A DNA stretch of 64,000 nt from Corallococcus exercitus (GTDB lineage: Bacteria > Myxococcota > Myxococcia > Myxococcales > Myxococcaceae), in assembly GCF_042231735.1 (NCBI RefSeq), contig NZ_CP102577.1, forward strand, positions 3,103,281 to 3,167,280. The letters are read 5' to 3'. The stretch's first letter is position 1; the number at the start of each line of letters is the position of its first letter. The position numbers and the translations under genes are program-made. Below the pieces are notes generated by a model. The model was not told the DNA's origin. It saw only the letters and a program-made list of their open reading frames with translations, and searched no databases. This document shows, one piece after another, positions 16,754 to 26,354 of the stretch.

Positions 16754-17953
16754 ATGAACGACGTCCAGCGATTCGGGCCGTACCGCGTCCTGCGGGACAT
16801 TGGCGAAGGCGGGATGGGGCGCGTCTCGCTCGCGGAGCGCGAGGGCTGGGAAGAGCCGGTCGTCCTCAAGCGCATCCACTCCGAGCACGCCGCCGACGCC
16901 CGCTTCCGCCGCCGCCTGCTGCGGGAGGCGGAGGTCGCCGCCGGGCTGCACCACCTCAACGTCGTGCGGGTGCTGGAGACGGGCGTCATCGACGACCAGG
17001 TGTACCTGTCCATGGAGTACGTCGCCGGCTCCAGCCTTGCGCACGTCCACGCGGCGAGCCGGCCGGAGCTGCTGCCCCTGGGCCCCATCCTGGATGCCAT
17101 CGCGCAGGCGTGTGACGGGCTCGCGTACGTGCACCGCTTCGTCAACCCGGAGTCGGGCAAGTGGATGGAGCTCATCCACCGCGACGTGTCGCTGGACAAC
17201 CTGCTCCTGTCCTTCACCGGCACGGTGAAGATCGCGGACTTCGGCATCGTGAAGACCTCCGAGGGCACGCAGACCACGTCCGGAGTGGTGATGGGGAAGC
17301 TGGCGTACATGTCCCCGGAGCAGATCCGCGACGAGGTCCTGGACGCGCGGGCGGACCTGTACTCGCTGGGTGTCTGTCTTTACGAGCTGCTGGCCGGGAG
17401 GCGGCCGTTTCCCATCCGGCGGGGCCGCGCGGTGATGGAGTCGGTGCTGTATGACGCCCCACCGCCCCTCATGCCGCTGCGTCCGGAGGTTCCGGCGTCG
17501 CTGGTGTCGCTGGTGGAGGCGCTGCTTTCCAAGGACCGACGCGGGAGGCCCACGGAGGCCGCTTCCGTGGCGAAGGAGCTGCGCGCGGAACTGGCCAAGC
17601 TGGGGGAGTCACCGCTCTTTCCGTCCCGGCTGATGGAGCCACCCACCGGCGTCCCCGCCAAGCCACGCAGGCTGCGCCCGGCCCTGCCCGACCAGCCCGC
17701 CCCCGCGCCCACGGAGGTGATGAAGCCGGAGGCGCTGCCCACCCTGCCCCTGGAGCCCGCGCCGCCGCTCCGCTCGGAGGCGCCGACCCAGGCCCTGGGG
17801 CCCCGGCGCCCCGTGTCCCGGCCGCCGGAGTCCGCGCTACCGCTGAAGCGGTTCCGGCCCTCCGAAGAGCCGCTGCCGTCCGCGCAGGGCCCGTGGAGCC
17901 AATGGGTGGTGAAGCTGATCCGCGACCTTGTCAGCAACCGCCGCAGACGCTGA
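16754..17953 (+). CDS. Ser/Thr protein kinase with Pro-rich C-terminal tail
   Basis: YRVLRDIGEGGMGRVSLA...VVLKRI... HRDVSLDNLLL ... KIADFGIVK ... AYMSPEQ are Hanks kinase subdomains I-VIII. Confidence 0.92.
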   Translation: MNDVQRFGPYRVLRDIGEGGMGRVSLAEREGWEEPVVLKRIHSEHAADARFRRRLLREAEVAAGLHHLNVVRVLETGVIDDQVYLSMEYVAGSSLAHVHAASRPELLPLGPILDAIAQACDGLAYVHRFVNPESGKWMELIHRDVSLDNLLLSFTGTVKIADFGIVKTSEGTQTTSGVVMGKLAYMSPEQIRDEVLDARADLYSLGVCLYELLAGRRPFPIRRGRAVMESVLYDAPPPLMPLRPEVPASLVSLVEALLSKDRRGRPTEAASVAKELRAELAKLGESPLFPSRLMEPPTGVPAKPRRLRPALPDQPAPAPTEVMKPEALPTLPLEPAPPLRSEAPTQALGPRRPVSRPPESALPLKRFRPSEEPLPSAQGPWSQWVVKLIRDLVSNRRRR

Positions 17954-18371
17954 AGACGCTCTGGTATTGATATTCCGTGTGCGTGTAGTTGCCGGCCGCG
18001 TCGAAGCACACGCGGTAGCTGGACTGCTGGTTGAACTTCCCCGGGTTGTAGTACTGGACCGCCACCTCGCCCTCGGGGCACAGCGGAGGCCTGTACTCAG
18101 GCCCACCCGCGACCGACGGGGCATCGCCCGCGTTCCGCAGCGGCTCACAACGCCAGTAGCTTCCACAGGTGGACCTGGGGGCACACGTCGTCACGCCCGT
18201 GTTGGTCCACGTGGACCAGTTCGCACACGAGCCCAGCGCCGCCTCCGACGTGGTCAGCGCAGCCTCCTCGGCCGCGGCCTCCTCGGGCGTCATGGCCCCA
18301 CCGCACGCCGTCAATGCCAGACCCGTGCACATCGCGGCCACCGCGCGCAGCAAAGACATCCCAGGCTTCAT
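17931..18371 (-). CDS. Small Cys-rich secreted lipoprotein (146 aa, >=10 Cys), unknown function
   Basis: It has an AAGGAG RBS and a signal peptide plus lipobox (MKPGMSLLRAVAAMCTGLALTAC). The mature part is rich in Cys/Trp/Tyr (…CANWSTWTNTGVTTCAPRSTCGSYWRCEP…VCGGC). Its 3' end overlaps the kinase stop by 23 nt (convergent). Confidence 0.55.
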   Translation of the reverse strand: MKPGMSLLRAVAAMCTGLALTACGGAMTPEEAAAEEAALTTSEAALGSCANWSTWTNTGVTTCAPRSTCGSYWRCEPLRNAGDAPSVAGGPEYRPPLCPEGEVAVQYYNPGKFNQQSSYRVCFDAAGNYTHTEYQYQSVFSVCGGC

Positions 18372-18515
18372 GGACGACTCCTTGGTCCGAGGGGGCACCG
18401 GAATGGCGCCCGGCCTTCCGACAAGGCCGCATGTTAGGCAATCCGGATTTCCCAGACCACTCCACGCCCTCCATGATTTTCCATCAATAACGGTCAAATC
18501 CAATGATTGTGAGAC

Positions 18516-21428
18516 TCAACGACTTGCAATCCATTGCTTCACCGCCGCCAGCTCGCGCCGCGTCATGGAGCCGCCCTGCGTGAAGCCAGCCTCGGCCTGC
18601 TTCGCCAGCGTCAGCGCCCGGGCGTGCTCCGCCGGTTGACTCCAGAGCGCCTGCGCGAGCGCGAAGTGCGTCATCGCCGCGTCCACCGGGTTCCAGCCCA
18701 GCGGCGCCAGCACCCGCTCGGACGTCTCCAGGAGCTCGCGTGCGCTGTCGCCCTGCCCCAGCTGGAAGTACGCGAGTCCCAGCGCCGTGCGGCTGTGGAT
18801 GGTCCGCGCATGCTCCGCGCCCAGCGCGCGTGACTTGGACTCCAGCGCCGCGCGCAGCAGCGGCACCGCGTCCTTCGGCCGGCCCTGCGCGACCATCAGC
18901 CGCCCCACGTCCTCCTCCAGCGTGTCCACCGCGAACTCCTCCGGCGGCAGCACCTTGCGCTGGAGCGCCAGGCCCTCCTGGAAGTGCGCGAGCGCGTCCG
19001 CGTCCCGCTCCAGCCGCTCCTCCGCCCCCGCCAGGGCCTTCAGCGAGTCGATGGCCTCGCGGCTCTCCGCGCCGAAGCCCTGACGCATGCCCTCCAGGGC
19101 CTGCCGATGCAGCGCGAGCGCCCGGTCCGGCGCACCCAGCGACTCCTGCACCAGCGCGAGGTCATGCAGCAGCAGCAATGTCTGTGAATTGAGCGGCCCC
19201 AGGGTCTGCTGCCGCAGCGTGTACGCGCGCTGCAGCCACTCCAGCGCCTTGGGCAGGTTGCCCGCCTCCTGCTCCGCGAAGCCCAGGTTGGTGAGCGTGC
19301 CCGCGAGCAGCGGATGCGTGGGCCCCAGCCGCTCCTCGTAGATGGCGAGCGCCTTCTGATACAGCGCCGTGGCCTCCGCCTGCTTGCCCTGGCGCAGCAT
19401 CACCATGCCCAGGTTGTTGTAGACCTTCGCCGTGTCCACGTGCGTGGGCCCCAGGGTGCGCTCGCGCAGCGCCAGGGCCCGCGCGTAGTGCTCCGCCGCC
19501 GCGTCGAGCGCGTCCTCGTTCAGCGCGAGGATGCCCTCGTGGTTGGCGAGCCGGCCCTCCAGGTCCGGCGCGGAGCCCAGCCGTTCGATGAGCGCGTGCG
19601 CCTGGGCGCTCCACAGGTGGGCCTCGGGGAACCACTCGGGCTCCTCGCTCAGGCCGAGCACCAGCTCCGTCGCCACCTGGAGCGCGACCTCGTCATGCCG
19701 TCCCGCCGTCGCGGCGGCCATGGCCTCGTGCCAGGTGGACCGCGCCTCGCGGGACTGGCTCATGCGGTGGTGCGCCCAGCCCAGGACGTGGAGCGCCTCC
19801 GCCTCCACGGGCCGGTAGTGCGTCGCGTGCGCCGCCTCCACCGCCGCCTGGGCCACGGGCACAGCCTGCGCGTAGCGGCCCGTGTCGAGCAGCGCCTGCG
19901 CATGCGCCACGTCCTGGCGCACCGCCTCCACGCGGGTGCGCGCCGCCATGTCCTCCGGAGGCGGCACCGCCGCGGAGAGCGCCTCCACGTTCGCGCAGCC
20001 CGACACGCCACGCAGTGCGTCCACCGCCTCCGCGCTGCGCTGCACCAGCGCCACGTCCGCGTGCGCCAGCTCCGCGCCCAGCGCGTCCACCGCCCGCAGG
20101 CGCCGGTCCAGGCACGCCATGCGCAGCGCCAGGTGCGCCTCCGGCTGCTCCCCCGTCACGCGTGTGGCCTCGCAGGCCTGGCGGTGCATGCGGCTCCACT
20201 CCGCTGCGTATGCATCCAGCGCGCGCTCCACCCGGTCGAAGGCGCCGTCCGCGTCCTCCGCGCCGCTCTTCTCGAAGGCCTCCGCCACCGCCGCCTTCTG
20301 TGCGGGGCCCCACACGCGCTCGAACAACTTGGGCGCGCCGCTGCAGGGCGTGGGCCGCACCCACGCCACGCCCACGCCCAGGAAGAGCCCGGCCACCACC
20401 GCGAGCGACCGTCCCGCGAGCTTCTTGCGTCCGGCCTCCGGGTCGTTCTCCAGCGCCGCCAGCAGCGCCTCCATGGACGCGAAGCGCTGCTCCGGCGCCA
20501 CCGACAGGCCCTGCGCGAGCACGCGGTGCACCCAGCCCGGGACGGCCGGATGCGCGGGCGGCTCCAGCTCCAACCGGGGCACCCCGGAGCCCTGCGGCGC
20601 CCGCTGCGAATCCAGCAGCGTCACCGCCATTCGCCGCAGCGTCCCCTCCTCGAAGGGGCGCTGGCCGGTGAGCGCCTCGTAGACGGACACGCAATAGCTG
20701 AACTGATCCGCGCGCGCGTCCGGCCCCCGTCCCGCGTACTGCTCCGGCGCCATGTACGCGGGCGTCCCCACCAGCGCGCCCGTCGCCGTGAGCCGTGTAT
20801 CGAGCGGCCCCTCCAGGAGCGCCGTGGGCGGCACCGCGGGCCCGGCCTCCGTGCCCACGCCCGCGTCGGACGCGATGCCGAAGTCCGTCACCCAGACGCC
20901 GCCGTCCCGGCCCAGGAGCACGTTGTCCGGCTTGAAGTCGCGGTGGACGAGCCCCGCCGCGTGCGCCGCCGCGAGCCCCTGGCCCATCGCTCGGCACACC
21001 GCCAGCACCTGGCGCTGGGGATGCGGCCCCTCGCGCAGCCACTGCCGCAGCGTGCCGCCCTCCACCCGGGCCATGGCGATGAACACCCGGCCCTCGTGCG
21101 TGCCCACGTCGTGCACCGTGAGCACGTTCGGATGGGACAGCCGCGCCATCGCCTGGGCCTCGCGCACCAGCCGCAGTGCGCGGGCGTCCTCCTCCTCGTC
21201 AGGCAGACGCCGCTCGTGCAGCAGCTTGATGGCGACGGTGCGGCGCAGCTCCGGGTCGAACGCCTCGAAGACCTCGCCCATGCCGCCGCGTCCCAGCCGC
21301 GCCAACAGCACGTAGCGGCCCACGCGCGTCGCATGGAGCGGACGCTCCAGTCCGCTGGAGTCACCCGTCGGGTGCCCGGTGTTCGGCGACGGGGAGGCGG
21401 TGTCTTGAGAGGGCCGGGAGGTCTTCAT
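18516..21428 (-). CDS. Ser/Thr protein kinase with single TM segment and large C-terminal TPR-repeat (TPR_10/12-like) sensor region
   Basis: The N-terminal kinase domain has YVLLARLGRGGMGEVFEA...AIK... HRDFKPDNVLL ... VTDFGIA ... PAYMAPEQ. A TM helix (LAVVAGLFLGVGVAWV) follows, then >400 aa of TPR-like repeats (…LGPTHVDTAKVYNNLGMV…, …LGPTHPLLAGTLTNLGF…). Confidence 0.92.
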   Translation of the reverse strand: MKTSRPSQDTASPSPNTGHPTGDSSGLERPLHATRVGRYVLLARLGRGGMGEVFEAFDPELRRTVAIKLLHERRLPDEEEDARALRLVREAQAMARLSHPNVLTVHDVGTHEGRVFIAMARVEGGTLRQWLREGPHPQRQVLAVCRAMGQGLAAAHAAGLVHRDFKPDNVLLGRDGGVWVTDFGIASDAGVGTEAGPAVPPTALLEGPLDTRLTATGALVGTPAYMAPEQYAGRGPDARADQFSYCVSVYEALTGQRPFEEGTLRRMAVTLLDSQRAPQGSGVPRLELEPPAHPAVPGWVHRVLAQGLSVAPEQRFASMEALLAALENDPEAGRKKLAGRSLAVVAGLFLGVGVAWVRPTPCSGAPKLFERVWGPAQKAAVAEAFEKSGAEDADGAFDRVERALDAYAAEWSRMHRQACEATRVTGEQPEAHLALRMACLDRRLRAVDALGAELAHADVALVQRSAEAVDALRGVSGCANVEALSAAVPPPEDMAARTRVEAVRQDVAHAQALLDTGRYAQAVPVAQAAVEAAHATHYRPVEAEALHVLGWAHHRMSQSREARSTWHEAMAAATAGRHDEVALQVATELVLGLSEEPEWFPEAHLWSAQAHALIERLGSAPDLEGRLANHEGILALNEDALDAAAEHYARALALRERTLGPTHVDTAKVYNNLGMVMLRQGKQAEATALYQKALAIYEERLGPTHPLLAGTLTNLGFAEQEAGNLPKALEWLQRAYTLRQQTLGPLNSQTLLLLHDLALVQESLGAPDRALALHRQALEGMRQGFGAESREAIDSLKALAGAEERLERDADALAHFQEGLALQRKVLPPEEFAVDTLEEDVGRLMVAQGRPKDAVPLLRAALESKSRALGAEHARTIHSRTALGLAYFQLGQGDSARELLETSERVLAPLGWNPVDAAMTHFALAQALWSQPAEHARALTLAKQAEAGFTQGGSMTRRELAAVKQWIASR

Positions 21429-21523
21429 CCCCTCCAGCCTACCGCTTCCCGGTTATTCCACTCTAACCCAGTTTGACGGAGCCTGCTTGCTATTCAACCT
21501 GCCGTCCGTGTCACACTGGCCGG

Positions 21524-23869
21524 ATGAATCGCGTCCTACTTCTGGCCGCATTGCTGAGCCTTGTCGCGTGCAAGGGCAACATCGGGCCAAGCACCAACGA
21601 CGGAGGCCCCAACAACCCAGTGGATCCAGTCAATCCAGTGGATCCAGTCGATCCCGGTGGGCCCGTGGGCGCCGCGTGCGTGGTGCAGTCGGTGCTCACC
21701 AACCGCTGCGCCAGCTGTCACGGCGCGATGCCGACCCAGGGGGCGACGATGCCGCTGCGCACCCTGCACGACATGCGGGTGAGCTCGGCGATGGATGGGA
21801 AGCTCAGCAACGCCCAGCGCGCGCTCATCCGCATGCGCGACGACGCGTCTCCGATGCCGCCAGCCCCGCATGAGCGCGCGAGCGCGGCCGAGCGCACCGC
21901 GCTCGAGACCTGGATCAAGGAGGGGATGCCCCTCTGCAGTGGCACGAACGACCCGCCCGTGACCGTCGTGCCCGAGCCCAACCTGCTCGATCAGTCCGCG
22001 CTCTTCAGCTGCACCGAAGGCGTGCGCTCGGATGCGCCGACGCGCATCCGCCGCATGAACCGGCGCGAGTTCACCCGCAACGTCGGTGGCTCGGTCGAGC
22101 GCAGCTGGACCGGGTTCAGCTTCTACGACAACCCGCTCGATCCCAGCGCCATCGAGCAGTACAGCTCCTGGGCCACGGACGAGACGCTGGACGAGGCCAC
22201 GGTGGAGCTCTTCCTGCCGGTGGTCGGCGCGGCCGCCTCGCCGTGGACGATGAACTACCCGGACGGCAACCGGATGGAGCGCGTCTACACCGACCGCCGC
22301 TTCAGCTGCATGTTCAACGACGCGAACCCGAGCGACACCTGCAAGCGCTTCCACCTGGGCCAGATGCTCGAGTTCGGCGTCTTCTTCCGCCCACCCACCG
22401 AGGATGAGCTCACCCGCCTCATCGCCTTCGCCACCGCGGTCATCGCGCAGGAGCCCAGCTACTCCGCGCAGAACCGCGCGGACTCCATCACGCGGATCTC
22501 CAACGCCGCGTGGATGATGACCGGCGCCATGTTCCGCGGCGAGCTGGGCGGCGCGCCGGCCGACGGTCGCGTGGAGCTGACCAGCCTCGAGCTGGGCTCG
22601 CAGCTGGCCTACGCGCTGGCGGGGCGCGCGCCCTCGGCCACGCCGAGCTTCGTGTATCCGTACTACTCCGCGCCCCTCGAGGGCCATCTGGCGGACGTGG
22701 CCCTCGCCGCGAAGGACGGCTCGCTCACGCAGGATGCGACGACCACCGCCCTGATCCAGAAGCACCTGGGCGGCGTCGACACCCACCAGAACGGGACACC
22801 GCGCTTCGACCTGGTGCAGGACTACAACGAGGAGCAGCGCTCCAAGCGCGGGCAGTACTGGCTGGGTGACGGCGTCGCGGGCTTCTTCCGCGAGTGGCTC
22901 GGCTACGGGCACGTGTCCGCGGTGTTCAAGGAGTCCCCGGCGGCGACCTCGCGCTTCGAGCTCGAGGGGCTCGGCTACATCAGCTCGGTCTCGTACGACA
23001 ACCTGCTCACCAACTTCCATCCGCTGGAGCCGACCTTCATCCAGCAGTTCGACGATCTGATCGCGCGGGTGGTCGTCGAGGATCAGGACGTGCTGGCGAA
23101 CCTGCTCACCACGCGCACCTTCTACGTGCCCTCCATGCAGAACGCGGCGTACGACTCGCACAAGGGCCTGTCGCACCCCTACAACGTCAGCGAGATCCTC
23201 CCGGCGACCGTCGCGGGCCGCTGGAAGACGCTGCCTGCCACGGAGCGCGCGGGCGTGCTGACCCACCCGGTGTGGCTGGCCGCGCACGGCGGCAACTTCG
23301 AGGACGATCCGTCCATCGTCCACCGCGGCAAGTGGGTGCGAGAGAACCTCCTGTGCGGCTTCGTCCCGCCGCTCAGCAGCGTGCAGGTGGCGGCCCAGGT
23401 CGGCGCCCACGCCGCCGACAAGAACGCGCGCCGCCGCCTGCAGGAGGCGACCGCCGGAGCGCAGTGCCAGGGCTGTCACCGTCTGATGGAGCCGCTCGGC
23501 CTGCCCTTCGAGATCTACAACCACGCGGGCTTCCTGCGCGCGAGGGATCATTCGACCAGCGGAGGCTGGACCACGCCGGATGGAAGCTCGACGCTCACGT
23601 CGATGCCGGACCCCGCGCTGGACGGCCCGGTGCGCGACGCGGTGGAGTTGAGCGAGCGCCTGGCGACCTCGCGGCACGTGAAACGCTGCTTCGTGCGACA
23701 GGCCTTCCGCTACTTCATGGGGCGCCCGGAGAACCCGAGCGACGCCTGCACGCTGACGCAGATGGAGCAGGCCTATGATCAGAACAAGGGCTCGTTCTCC
23801 AAGATGCTGACCACGCTGATGACGAGCGACACCTGGAAGACGCGGCGTGTGCCGCAGGCTGGAGAGTGA
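21524..23869 (+). CDS. DUF1592/DUF1595/DUF1587/DUF1588/DUF1585-family lipoprotein with N-terminal cytochrome-c-like CxxCH motif (planctomycete PSCyt/PSD-type)
   Basis: It has a lipoprotein signal (MNRVLLLAALLSLVACKG). A CASCHG haem-binding-like motif sits near the N-terminus. The long alpha-helical body has conserved Trp/Arg-rich blocks typical of this paired family. Confidence 0.75.
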   Translation: MNRVLLLAALLSLVACKGNIGPSTNDGGPNNPVDPVNPVDPVDPGGPVGAACVVQSVLTNRCASCHGAMPTQGATMPLRTLHDMRVSSAMDGKLSNAQRALIRMRDDASPMPPAPHERASAAERTALETWIKEGMPLCSGTNDPPVTVVPEPNLLDQSALFSCTEGVRSDAPTRIRRMNRREFTRNVGGSVERSWTGFSFYDNPLDPSAIEQYSSWATDETLDEATVELFLPVVGAAASPWTMNYPDGNRMERVYTDRRFSCMFNDANPSDTCKRFHLGQMLEFGVFFRPPTEDELTRLIAFATAVIAQEPSYSAQNRADSITRISNAAWMMTGAMFRGELGGAPADGRVELTSLELGSQLAYALAGRAPSATPSFVYPYYSAPLEGHLADVALAAKDGSLTQDATTTALIQKHLGGVDTHQNGTPRFDLVQDYNEEQRSKRGQYWLGDGVAGFFREWLGYGHVSAVFKESPAATSRFELEGLGYISSVSYDNLLTNFHPLEPTFIQQFDDLIARVVVEDQDVLANLLTTRTFYVPSMQNAAYDSHKGLSHPYNVSEILPATVAGRWKTLPATERAGVLTHPVWLAAHGGNFEDDPSIVHRGKWVRENLLCGFVPPLSSVQVAAQVGAHAADKNARRRLQEATAGAQCQGCHRLMEPLGLPFEIYNHAGFLRARDHSTSGGWTTPDGSSTLTSMPDPALDGPVRDAVELSERLATSRHVKRCFVRQAFRYFMGRPENPSDACTLTQMEQAYDQNKGSFSKMLTTLMTSDTWKTRRVPQAGE

Positions 23870-23874
23870 CTGCC

Positions 23875-25272
23875 ATGTTCTCGCGACGAACCGTCCTGAA
23901 GGGCATGGCCGCTGGCCTCTTCGCGCCCTACTTCCACGACGTCTACGCCCAGTCGTCCAAGTTGCCGGCGCGCCTGGTGCTGGTCCTCGAGTGCAATGGC
24001 GTCTACCCCCGCGCGCTCCTGAGCACGGGCACCCGCGCGGCGCTGGGTGGCCGCGCCAACACCTCCGACCGCATCTTCTGGGACGCGTACAAGGACACGC
24101 CGCTGGTGCGTGAGGGCGACGATCTCGCCAGCGCCATCAGCCTCGGGCCGCTGGCGGCGTCTTCCGGCAACGTCGACCTGGTGAACCGCTCCGCCGTGCT
24201 GCTGGGGCTCTCGAACCTCATCGCGGGCGGCGGGCACTCCAGCGGGACGGGCGGGCTGAGCTGCGCGGTGAACGGCGCGGGCGCGACCTTCGACGCGGTG
24301 ATCGCCCCTCGCCTGCGCCGGGGTGCACCGTTCGACGTGCTGCGCCTGGGCACCAGCTCCGCGCGCGTGTCCATCGTGTACGAAACCTGCGCGCTCGGCC
24401 CCCGCAAGCCCGCGGGCATCATCGTCAACCCGTCGCTCGCGTTCGACAGCACCTTCGGCTCGCTGCTCGGCGGCTCGACGAATGGGCGCGATCGCAAGAT
24501 GCTCTTCGACTTCGCGCTGGCCGACTCGCGCAAGGCGCTGGCGGAGTTCAAAGGCAACTCCAACGAACGGCTGAAGCTGGAGCGCTACGTCTCCTCGCTC
24601 GAGTCACTGCGCACGCGGGAGGATCAGCTCACGGGCATGGCGGACCGCGTGCGGCCCTACCTGCCCCTGGCGCCGAAGGACAACCCGCTGCTCACCGGAG
24701 CGGGCTCACCGCCCGACTCGCTGAAGTGGTTCGAGGCGCAGTTCCAGATCGCCACGGCGTCCCTGCTGGGCGGGCTGACGAACACGGTCGTGCTGGCGAC
24801 GGGCACCTCGGGCTTCGACGTGTCCTACGGCCCGGACGTGAGCGACACCCCGCGACACAACCTGCAGCACGGCCTGGATGCGGGGCAGAACTGGGAGCGC
24901 GTCGCCGAGGTCACCCGCCGCCACGTGCAGCTGGTGGCGAACCTGGCGAGGACGCTGGCCGCCACGCCCGAGGTCGGCGCGAGCGGGTCGATGCTGGATC
25001 ACACGGCGATCGTCTTCATGTCCGACAACGGCGAGCAGCACCACTCCACCTCGCGTGAGTGGCCGAAGCTCGTGGTGGGCGGCAACGCGCTGGGCCTGAA
25101 GACGGACGGGCGCACGGTCGTCTACCCGAAGTACGACGCGGCCCGGAACCGGCAGGTCTCCAACCTCTTCAACACGCTCGGCCACGCGTTCGGAGACGCG
25201 GACTTCAACACCTTCGGGCAGGAGGGCAGCACGCGCATCGCGCCGGGACCGCTGAGCGAGCTGTATGGCTGA
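23875..25272 (+). CDS. DUF1552-family protein with Tat signal (partner of DUF1592 protein)
   Basis: It has a twin-arginine motif (SRRTVLKGMAAGLFAPYF...). It is translationally coupled: the upstream stop TGA at 23867-23869 sits inside its GGAGAG RBS. DUF1592 and DUF1552 co-occur as pairs. Confidence 0.75.
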   Translation: MFSRRTVLKGMAAGLFAPYFHDVYAQSSKLPARLVLVLECNGVYPRALLSTGTRAALGGRANTSDRIFWDAYKDTPLVREGDDLASAISLGPLAASSGNVDLVNRSAVLLGLSNLIAGGGHSSGTGGLSCAVNGAGATFDAVIAPRLRRGAPFDVLRLGTSSARVSIVYETCALGPRKPAGIIVNPSLAFDSTFGSLLGGSTNGRDRKMLFDFALADSRKALAEFKGNSNERLKLERYVSSLESLRTREDQLTGMADRVRPYLPLAPKDNPLLTGAGSPPDSLKWFEAQFQIATASLLGGLTNTVVLATGTSGFDVSYGPDVSDTPRHNLQHGLDAGQNWERVAEVTRRHVQLVANLARTLAATPEVGASGSMLDHTAIVFMSDNGEQHHSTSREWPKLVVGGNALGLKTDGRTVVYPKYDAARNRQVSNLFNTLGHAFGDADFNTFGQEGSTRIAPGPLSELYG

Positions 25273-25298
25273 GCCATGAGTACGGTATAGCGGCGCCC

Positions 25299-26261
25299 AT
25301 GCCCACCCTCCTCCTCAGCGCGAAGGACCTGCGCAGCCTGTACACCGTCGAGCTCGGTCTGGAAGCCGTCGAGCGTGCCTTCCTGGCCCATGGCCGCGGT
25401 GACGCGCTCATGCCCCCCAAGGTGTACCTGTCCCTGCCGAAGTACGACGGCGACTTCCGCGCCATGCCCGCGTTCCTCGACGGCGCGGCCGGCGTGAAGT
25501 GGGTCAACGCCCATCCCCACAACCCGCGCAAGCACGGCCTGCCCACGGTGCGCGCCGTCTACGTCCTCAGCGATCCGGACACCGCGTCCCCGCTGGCCAT
25601 CCTGGACGGCACGCTGCTGACCGCGTGGCGCACCGGCGCCGCGGGCGGCATCGCGTCCAAGTACCTGGCCCGGAAGCAGCCCCGCACGCTGGGCCTCGTC
25701 GGCTGCGGCGTGCAGGCGCGCGTCCTCATCGACGCGCACCGCGCCCTCTTCGGGGACCTGGAGCTGCTCATGGCGGACGTGTCCACCCAGGCCGCGGAAG
25801 CCCTCCAGAAGGAGAAGGGCGGCCGCGTGGTGAGCCTCCAGGAGGCCTCCGGCGCGGACATCGTCTGCTCCGCCACGCCTGCGCGCACCCCCGTGGTCCG
25901 CCGTGAGTGGGTCCAGGCCGGCGCCCACATCAACGCCATGGGCGCGGACGCCCCCGGCAAGCAGGAGCTGGATCCCCGCCTGCTCGTCGACGGGCGCGTC
26001 TTCATTGACGACGCGGAGCAGGCGCTCCACTCCGGCGAGGTCAACGTGCCGCTGCACGACGGGTTGCTCAAGACGGAGCAGCTCGCCGGCACGCTGGGAG
26101 AGGTCGTCGCCGGCCGCAAGCCCGGCCGCACCGGCACCGAGGTCACCATCTTCGACTCCACCGGCCTCGCCGTGCAGGACGTGGCCCTGGCCCGCGCGCT
26201 CTACGACGTCGCGCTCGCCAGGGGCGTGGGCCAGCGCTTCGACCTCGTCGAAGACGCCTGA
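25299..26261 (+). CDS. Ornithine cyclodeaminase / mu-crystallin family NAD-binding protein
   Basis: The OCD_Mu_crystall-type sequence has a Rossmann GLVGCGVQA motif and the conserved ...TLLTAWRTGAAGGIASKYLAR... block. Confidence 0.85.
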   Translation: MPTLLLSAKDLRSLYTVELGLEAVERAFLAHGRGDALMPPKVYLSLPKYDGDFRAMPAFLDGAAGVKWVNAHPHNPRKHGLPTVRAVYVLSDPDTASPLAILDGTLLTAWRTGAAGGIASKYLARKQPRTLGLVGCGVQARVLIDAHRALFGDLELLMADVSTQAAEALQKEKGGRVVSLQEASGADIVCSATPARTPVVRREWVQAGAHINAMGADAPGKQELDPRLLVDGRVFIDDAEQALHSGEVNVPLHDGLLKTEQLAGTLGEVVAGRKPGRTGTEVTIFDSTGLAVQDVALARALYDVALARGVGQRFDLVEDA

Positions 26262-26354
26262 CGCACCCCGTCGGCACCCGGAAATGCAAAACAATCCGGG
26301 TGCCCGCTTCCTGGGAGGAAAGCACCGCTTTCCACACATCCCAGGAGGCCCGTT

